Origin: Macrostomum lignano
Lineage: Eukaryota
Reading direction: 5' to 3'
Assembly (NCBI GenBank): GCA_002269645.1
Contig: NIVC01002267.1
Span: 62,001 to 126,000 of the forward strand
Length of the DNA: 64,000 bases
Below, piece after piece: positions 58,353 to 64,000 of this stretch (positions are counted from its first letter, which is position 1; the number at the start of each line of letters is the position of its first letter). Position numbers and translations under genes: made by a program. Below the pieces are notes generated by a model. It saw nothing but the letters and a program-made list of their open reading frames with translations, was not told the DNA's origin and searched no databases.

Positions 58353-58939
58353 TCTTGCGTTCACTTGTTAAATGCTTGTTCATTCTGAACCCCATATGCT
58401 CCTGAGTCCGCAAACTACAAGGAAGGCAAAGAAATTTTAGCTGCCACATTAAATTTAAGTAGCGCTGCGCAGACAAACTACTGAATAATCAGTAGACGCA
58501 CTGCTTTTTCGCAACTTAATTGCGAATGACATATCTATAGCTACTCTTGAATCTTTGGTGACCATCAAAATTTGATGCCTAAGTATCAATACTGGACAAA
58601 AAAATATTGCCAATTTATTGCTCGAGAACTTATTCATATCGATAGTGCATTCCGTAGCGAAAATCAGCATCCAGAAAAATTTTCGAAAGCTCGAAACTTC
58701 GTATAAACTCAAAACTTAAAAAGCTCGCAATTTCACATTTTTTCGAAGTCTTGCTAGTAAGTTTCATTAGCTCATAATTCTAAAACAAATTGAAACGATG
58801 TGGAATTTTGATCTCGTGAAAGTAACCTACTATTTGGGTTATTTTGAGTTTAAAAATTCCTTCAGATTTAGTAGTCCATGCTGCAATTATTAAAAATAGT
58901 TTTGTCAGGCAAGCAATTGCAGTTTGCAATTTGCAGGCT

Positions 58940-59125
58940 TCACTGCACACTGCAAGTGCTTGACGCGTTCTTTCCCAGCGCGGCCTTGCGCTTCTCAGCA
59001 ACTTCGGGCGCCGCGCCGAAGCCGCTGTAGACGGCCGACATCGCCAGAGCAGCCTGGCGCAGCTTCATCCGGCCCTGGCCGCCGCCCGGAGCTGGCGCAG
59101 ACAGGACCTTGTCCAGGTTGTCCAC
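58940..59125 (-). CDS. Probable exon of a minus-strand host gene whose upstream exons lie to the right
   Basis: GC-rich island in AT-rich DNA. The acceptor aacaaccag|GTG precedes VDNLDKVLSAPAPGGGQGRMKLRQAALAMSAVYSGF..; no ATG start and no family recognised. Confidence 0.45.
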   Translation of the reverse strand: MDNLDKVLSAPAPGGGQGRMKLRQAALAMSAVYSGFGAAPEVAEKRKAALGKNASSTCSVQ

Positions 59126-59464
59126 CTGGTTGTTTTGACAGAGTTTTTAACTAATTGATTGCATGTCCAGTTCCTGCTGACTCCTGAACACACGCAAGAG
59201 CGTCAATACTGTACTCAGGCACGCACTCAGGCACACGTTCAAAATTATTTTGAACAACTAACTAAAAAATTAAAGTGTTTAAGAATTTTGACAAATAAAA
59301 TTAAAGAACTATGGAAATATTACAATTACAGCATAATTACATTACTTGATTAACTGCAATTACCTCGATAGTTTCGTTGCCTTGTTTCTTAGCATCGTTT
59401 ACCATTGCTTGGAGCTGCTTCTGCAAAGAAAAAATCATGTGATATTTTCTTCAATGAGTGGTCA

Positions 59465-59663
59465 AGGCGTCAAGAGCCCCAAAATTGGCCATAGATTTGT
59501 ATTGATCAGGAGCCCCAAATCAAGCATTGATTTCGTATAAGGCAATTAGAGCCCCAAATCTAACCGTTGATTTCGTATTAGTCAAACCAACTATAGATTT
59601 TGTAGTGCAGGTCGAGAGCCCCAACTTGACGATAGATTTCGTATTAGTTAAGAGCCCCAAATC
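59465..59663. repeat. Degenerate host repeat (TGATTTCGTATTAGTCAAGAGCCCCAAAT-like, about 5 copies) directly 5' of the retrotransposon
   Basis: AGAGCCCCAAA(T) recurs at ~59476, 59509, 59549, 59615 and 59651. Confidence 0.75.
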
Positions 59664-59664
59664 G

Positions 59665-59918
59665 GCACGCGAAGGTGTATTCAGCACGCCAGTGAAGTAT
59701 GAGACAGACCAGGCCTAAGGGCTACGGTCTGCGATGCTTCACGCCTGCCCCTATATTCAGCAGGTCAAGGCTGGAGAGGGAGGTCTGCACCCGCTATTTG
59801 CCACTGGCAGCCGCAGACCCCCCCCCCCCTCACGCTGTTTCACAAGTCGACCCAGGGTACTCGTCCCCGCGTGTGTTCAAGGCAGACCCTAGGGCTGCTG
59901 GACAGACTGGGCTCCGAC
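59665..59918 (+). ncRNA. HDV-like self-cleaving ribozyme with a long structured J1/2, at the retrotransposon 5' end
   Basis: P1: GCACGCG 59665-71 / CGCGTGT 59868-74 (7 bp, G.U at the cut site). P2: GTCG-A-CCCA 59846-54 / TGGG-CTC-CGAC 59908-18. P3: GGG 59855-57 / CCC 59865-67. L3: TACTCGT. P1.1: A59859-T59876 and C59860-G59875. P4: hairpin 59877-59902. J4/2: CAGAC with candidate catalytic C59903. Confidence 0.8.
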
Positions 59919-60139
59919 GCTGGCGACCCATCCAGTGGCTTCGGCCGAATTTGGGTATGCGGGTCTGGCTTGCCAGCCTGCAGGCCGTGGTACTGCTTAA
60001 CGTACCCCCTAATGCCTAAGGTGTTTGACCGTGCCGATGGGCTGGAAGGCCGGGGGGTTGTCCGGTCGCTAGCGGTCCTTTTCTTTTTCTTCTTTCCTCT
60101 TTCTTTTGTGACTCAGCTCACTCCTTCCCGCTTTCAGCT

Positions 60140-61606
60140 ATGGCGTCATCCGCCTCTTTAACCCCCGCTGAAGCCGGGGCCCCGGCAACTCCGGCCGGTG
60201 ACTCTGGCACCAGCGCCGCCCCACCGGGGGCAGATGGGCTTGCCGCCGGCTCGGCTGGTGACATGCCCGCACGCGCAACCGGGCCCTCCGCTGAAGCCCG
60301 ACGCACCCGCAACCAACGCCGCAACGAGCGGCGACGGCGACTACGGGGTACTGCGGGCCGGCCACCGGCGGAGGGGGAACCTAGGGAGGGCGAGGCTGCT
60401 GTTGGGCCGAAAGGAACCACAGCAACCCCTGCCCCCCAGGATACAACCCCCGCTGGTGAGCCACCCAGTATACCTGCTACAAGCGCGGCCGGGCCTTCGG
60501 GAACCGCCGCCACCAACTACGCCTCAAAGGTCAAGCTCCAACCGGCGGTCATCGTCTTCGGGGAAGAGCAGGACCTCACGGCCGACGAGCTCGACAGTGC
60601 CTGGCGCACCATCGATGCTGCGCTCATCGACCAGCTCCTGGCGGGCCGCCCTGTGAGCGTGGTCAAGTCTGCCAAGACCGACGGCTGCATCTTCATCTGG
60701 TGCAGCTCGGAGGAGAGCAGCCGCAATCTACGCGAGCTTCTGCCAAAGCTGAACTGGCCCAAGAAGCTCGGCAAGCTCGTCTTCGCCAGCGAGGGCGAAC
60801 GACAGAAGACCCAGCGCTTTCGCGTCTGGATCCCGGCCGGCAGTGCCATTAAGTCCGGAGATCAGCTTAGGCAAATATTGCTAAAGCTGCACCCCGACCT
60901 TAAGGTCAACGGGCTCCTACACCACGCCACTTCCCGCAAGGAGAAGGGGGCTACGGTGATCCTAGGGCTCTCTGATGACTGGGCTAAGCGCTTGCCGCTT
61001 AAGTCCACAATTCATATTGGTCTGACTCAGCTGACCATCCTCCGTTGCGAGGAGCGGAAAGCTGATGAAGCCAAGAATGCCAAAGCTTCCGAAACCGGAA
61101 CTGGGGCCCAGGCTCCTCCGGCAAAGAAGCCGAGGCAAACGGCCGATCCTATGCCCGGTAAGGCAGTTCGCGCTGCTGAAACCGGAAATCGCAATCGCAG
61201 ACCCGCCAGGAGCACCCGGAGGTCCGGCCTGATCCAGCGCGCGCTGGACCAGGCCAAGAACCTTCGTGCGCATCGTGAGCGGGCCCGCGCTTCTCGCGCT
61301 CCACCCCAACAGCCAGAAGGCCAGACTCTAAGCGGGGAGGCTCCGACCGACTGGTTCGAGTCTGTGACTCACCAGGAGGCTGGCGCCACCCGCATCGACC
61401 TGACCGACGAGGCAGAGGGGACGGGCAGTGACAGCACCGAAGCACGCAGGAGAGGCGACGGTAACGTCCACGCTGGGCTCACGTCCGCGGAGGACTCCAC
61501 AGCCACCCTAACTGCTGAGGACGCTGAAACTCCCATGGAGGTCTGCGGGTCACCCACCACTGAAAAGGAGGAGGATGACCTGCTCAACGATTCCCCAACT
61601 GCGTGA
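60140..61606 (+). CDS. Retrotransposon ORF1 (gag-like nucleic-acid chaperone), 488 aa
   Basis: Ala/Pro/Arg-rich N-terminus, a central folded domain (FRVWIP..LRQILLKLHPDL..GATVILGL..IHIGLTQL) resembling DUF4780-type ORF1s of Loa-like elements (from recall), and an acidic C-terminus. No CCHC knuckle seen. Confidence 0.85.
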   Translation: MASSASLTPAEAGAPATPAGDSGTSAAPPGADGLAAGSAGDMPARATGPSAEARRTRNQRRNERRRRLRGTAGRPPAEGEPREGEAAVGPKGTTATPAPQDTTPAGEPPSIPATSAAGPSGTAATNYASKVKLQPAVIVFGEEQDLTADELDSAWRTIDAALIDQLLAGRPVSVVKSAKTDGCIFIWCSSEESSRNLRELLPKLNWPKKLGKLVFASEGERQKTQRFRVWIPAGSAIKSGDQLRQILLKLHPDLKVNGLLHHATSRKEKGATVILGLSDDWAKRLPLKSTIHIGLTQLTILRCEERKADEAKNAKASETGTGAQAPPAKKPRQTADPMPGKAVRAAETGNRNRRPARSTRRSGLIQRALDQAKNLRAHRERARASRAPPQQPEGQTLSGEAPTDWFESVTHQEAGATRIDLTDEAEGTGSDSTEARRRGDGNVHAGLTSAEDSTATLTAEDAETPMEVCGSPTTEKEEDDLLNDSPTA

Positions 61607-61608
61607 TA

Positions 61609-64000
61609 ATGATCAGCAACCAGGGAATCCATTGCCTGCAGATTAATCTGCAGCACTGCGTCGCAGCCTCGGTCAACCTTATGCGTTACGCCGAGCTCGA
61701 CAAGCCGGGGCTCATCCTCGTCCAGGAACCCTGGACTCTCAGAGGTAAGCCTCAAAACGCCCCTGCTGGCTACAATTGTTTTTATACTTACCCTCGCGAG
61801 GCCAACCAGCCTCCCAGAGCTTGCATCTTTGCGAGCAAAACGCTCAGTGCGTGGCTCAGATCGGACCTGTCCAACAGGGACATCTGCGTCATCCAATCCG
61901 AGGACCTTCTTCCTGGGAAGACCACCCTCATTGCCTCGGTTTACCTACCAGGCGATGCTGCGGTCGTCCCCAGAGCCCTCGCTACGCTGGTAGAGCTCTG
62001 CTCTGCCAAAAACTACGAGCTCATGGTTGCCGGCGACATCAACGCCCACCACACTCACTGGGGCAGCACTGGCATTAATCAGAGAGGCGAAGACCTCCTA
62101 GCCTACGTTGCCTCTACGACCCTCGAGTTCTGCAACTCTGGGTCCACCCCTACCTTTGACAACGGACGGTGGTCGGAGGTGATCGACGCTACGCTCGCAA
62201 CGCCCAGACTCTACCAGAGTATTGGGGCGTGGCGGGTGCTTCCAGTGTCCTCACTATCGGATCACAAGTTCATCTCCTTCAACCTAATGGCCGCGCGTAG
62301 CGCAACTCGTGTTATGTGGAGACGGAACGCCAGAAATACGGATTGGGAAACCTTCGGGCTCGCCCTGAAGGAATTCCATCGGTCTCCTGGCCAACCATCC
62401 ACGATCACGTCGTGCCGAGAGGCGGATGAGTGCGCGACTGTTTTGACAGAGACGCTAACCGCCGCCTTTGAGGCGTCCTGCCCTTTAAAAGCCTATAAAG
62501 GGAAAAAATCGGCGCCGTGGTGGAATCCCGAGCTCGGCAACCTCCGTCGCAGGGCTAAGAGACTCCACCGCAGAGCAACTAAAACTAAGAGCCCTGCAGA
62601 CCAAACCGCCTATCATGAAGCAATTCATGAGTTTAAAAGGCAGGTTAGGAATGCAAAGGCTCAAAAATGGCGACAATACTGTGAGGAGCTAGAGGGCTCA
62701 CGCCCCACCTCCAGAGTTGTGAAAGCGCTCACGCTGGACAAAATGTCTAAGCTCTCCTCGGTCAAACGCACCGACGGTACGTCCACGGACAACCCAGGGG
62801 AAACGCTTGATGTAATGCTCACTGCGTTTTTCCCTAACGAGCCAGCTAACCAGACCACTCCGGATCACTCGGAGGGAGGTCACGCGCTGGCTGCATCTAT
62901 CATCACGGAGGACCGCATTGTGAGAGCGGCAAATTCCTTCAAGCCTTTCAAAGCCCCAGGACCCGACGGCATTGTACCGGCCCTTCTAAGAGAGGCGGTT
63001 AAATGCCCAGGCTTCCTGCGCAAACTTTGCAGCCTTCTTCGGGCATGCATCACGCTTGGTTATGTCCCGCAGGCATGGACCGAGGCAAAGGTGATCTTTA
63101 TCCCTAAGCCAGGCCGCCCGGACTACCATTCTATCAAATCCTTCAGACCGATCAGCTTGACCTCCTCCCTGGTCAAGCTGATGGAGAGACTGGTGCTTTG
63201 GCGCCTTCTCTCTGTTGAGCTGAAGAACAAACCTCTCAGCGAGAACCAGCACGCTTTTCGGGCGGGTCGCTCCACTGAAAGCGCGCTGCACGTCCTGGTC
63301 GATAAACTCGAGAAGGCCGTGCTTGGTAGTGGCTTTGCTCTGGGGATCTTCCTGGACATCATTGGCGCCTTCGATAACGTCCTCTTTGAGGCGTTCCGAA
63401 GAGCTCTTTGTGAGAGGCTAACGCACTCACATCTCACCAGATGGATCATGTACATGATCAGCCATCGCACGGCCACCGCCAGTCTGCTGGGCTACCAGAG
63501 GACGGTCCCCGTCTGCAAAGGTAGCCCGCAAGGTGGGGTGCTGTCTCCAGTTCTCTGGAATATGGTCATCGATGAGCTCCTCCGGGATGTTCGGCCTGAC
63601 CCCATTCTGAAAGTTGGATATGCGGACGATGTCACCGCGGTGGCATCTGGTCCGTCCCCTGATACCCTCAGGGACCTTCTTCAGAACTTCATCTACGCTG
63701 CTGAGCAATGGGCGGACCGCTGTGGTTTAAGGCTCTCTGAGACTAAGACCGCAGCGATCATGTTCACCAGCAGGACCAAGTGGCAGATTCGGCCGCTCAC
63801 GCTTTACGGAAGGGAAATCCCCTTCTGCAAGCAGACTAAATGTCTGGGTATTACCCTGGACCACAGGCTGAACTGGTCTCCCCACGTTCAAACAAAAGCC
63901 AAAAAGGCCTTCGCAGTCCTCGCGCAATTGCGCAGGGCCGTCGGCACCACCTGGGGGCTCACCCCAAGCGCCTCTGGTGGATCTACACTGCAATGGTTAG
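61609..64000 (+). CDS. Retrotransposon ORF2: AP endonuclease plus reverse transcriptase (absent from the ORF track because it runs off the window)
   Basis: Hand translation from ATG 61609 is open to the window end. APE motifs QINLQH, LVQEPW, SVYLP, GDINAHHTHWGS and SDH. RT motifs KAPGPDGI, FRPISLTS, QHAFRAGRST, FLDIIGAFD, GSPQGGVLSP, GYADD and CLGITLD. An apparent 1-nt frameshift lies at ~63962-63966. Confidence 0.95.
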   Translation, partial: MISNQGIHCLQINLQHCVAASVNLMRYAELDKPGLILVQEPWTLRGKPQNAPAGYNCFYTYPREANQPPRACIFASKTLSAWLRSDLSNRDICVIQSEDLLPGKTTLIASVYLPGDAAVVPRALATLVELCSAKNYELMVAGDINAHHTHWGSTGINQRGEDLLAYVASTTLEFCNSGSTPTFDNGRWSEVIDATLATPRLYQSIGAWRVLPVSSLSDHKFISFNLMAARSATRVMWRRNARNTDWETFGLALKEFHRSPGQPSTITSCREADECATVLTETLTAAFEASCPLKAYKGKKSAPWWNPELGNLRRRAKRLHRRATKTKSPADQTAYHEAIHEFKRQVRNAKAQKWRQYCEELEGSRPTSRVVKALTLDKMSKLSSVKRTDGTSTDNPGETLDVMLTAFFPNEPANQTTPDHSEGGHALAASIITEDRIVRAANSFKPFKAPGPDGIVPALLREAVKCPGFLRKLCSLLRACITLGYVPQAWTEAKVIFIPKPGRPDYHSIKSFRPISLTSSLVKLMERLVLWRLLSVELKNKPLSENQHAFRAGRSTESALHVLVDKLEKAVLGSGFALGIFLDIIGAFDNVLFEAFRRALCERLTHSHLTRWIMYMISHRTATASLLGYQRTVPVCKGSPQGGVLSPVLWNMVIDELLRDVRPDPILKVGYADDVTAVASGPSPDTLRDLLQNFIYAAEQWADRCGLRLSETKTAAIMFTSRTKWQIRPLTLYGREIPFCKQTKCLGITLDHRLNWSPHVQTKAKKAFAVLAQLRRAVGTTWGLTPSASGGSTLQWL

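Larger units (their letters stand above)
59665..64000 (+). mobile_element. Non-LTR retrotransposon, I/R1 group, Loa-like, 5'-complete, 3' end outside the window
   Basis: Structured ~475-nt 5' UTR, a gag-like ORF1, and an APE-RT ORF2 with motifs QINLQH, QEPW, FLDIxGAFDNV, PQGGVLSPxLW and WGLxP..WIYTA, which I recall from Loa/R1-type elements. Confidence 0.93.

Noticed and set aside
59945-59956. Alternative ribozyme 3' strand CGAA-TTTGGGT pairing with ACCCAGG
   Set aside because: It would consume the Gs needed for P3. The nearer CAGAC-TGGG..CGAC register gives a compact P4 and a longer P2, so it was preferred; this one may be a competing fold.

Overview
Eukaryotic (metazoan) genomic DNA: AT-rich intergenic and intronic sequence, GC3-rich exons, GT-AG introns, and most large introns filled with different minisatellites. 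This fits a repeat-rich invertebrate such as the flatworm Macrostomum, but the organism is an inference. Host genes reconstructed by hand from splice sites and reading phase: TBC1D15/17-like Rab-GAP (minus, runs off the left edge), ATF7IP/MCAF1/Windei-like SETDB1 cofactor, a small unknown 3-exon gene, a TMEM230/TMEM134-family gene, a C2H2 zinc-finger gene, an alpha-tubulin divergent from a 6-exon NDR/STK38 kinase with RFX X-boxes between them, a CD151-like tetraspanin, and two low-confidence minus-strand coding segments. Mobile DNA: an intact-ORF Phantom-type Mutator (FLYWCH-MULE, ~500-bp TIRs, 9-bp TSD) inserted into a tRNA-derived CORE-like SINE, a second copy of that SINE, nested hAT-type non-autonomous elements with 8-bp TSDs, a nested foldback element, a MITE with a telomere-like body, and a 5'-complete Loa/R1-group non-LTR retrotransposon running off the right edge. 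The most notable signal is at the 5' end of that retrotransposon. It folds into a complete HDV-like self-cleaving ribozyme (P1, P1.1, P2, P3, P4, J4/2) whose predicted cut site coincides with the element boundary. Downstream there is a strong 3' splice acceptor 2 nt before the ORF1 ATG and an overlapping TAATG stop-start linking ORF1 to ORF2. All alignments, folds and counts were done by eye; no database searches were run.
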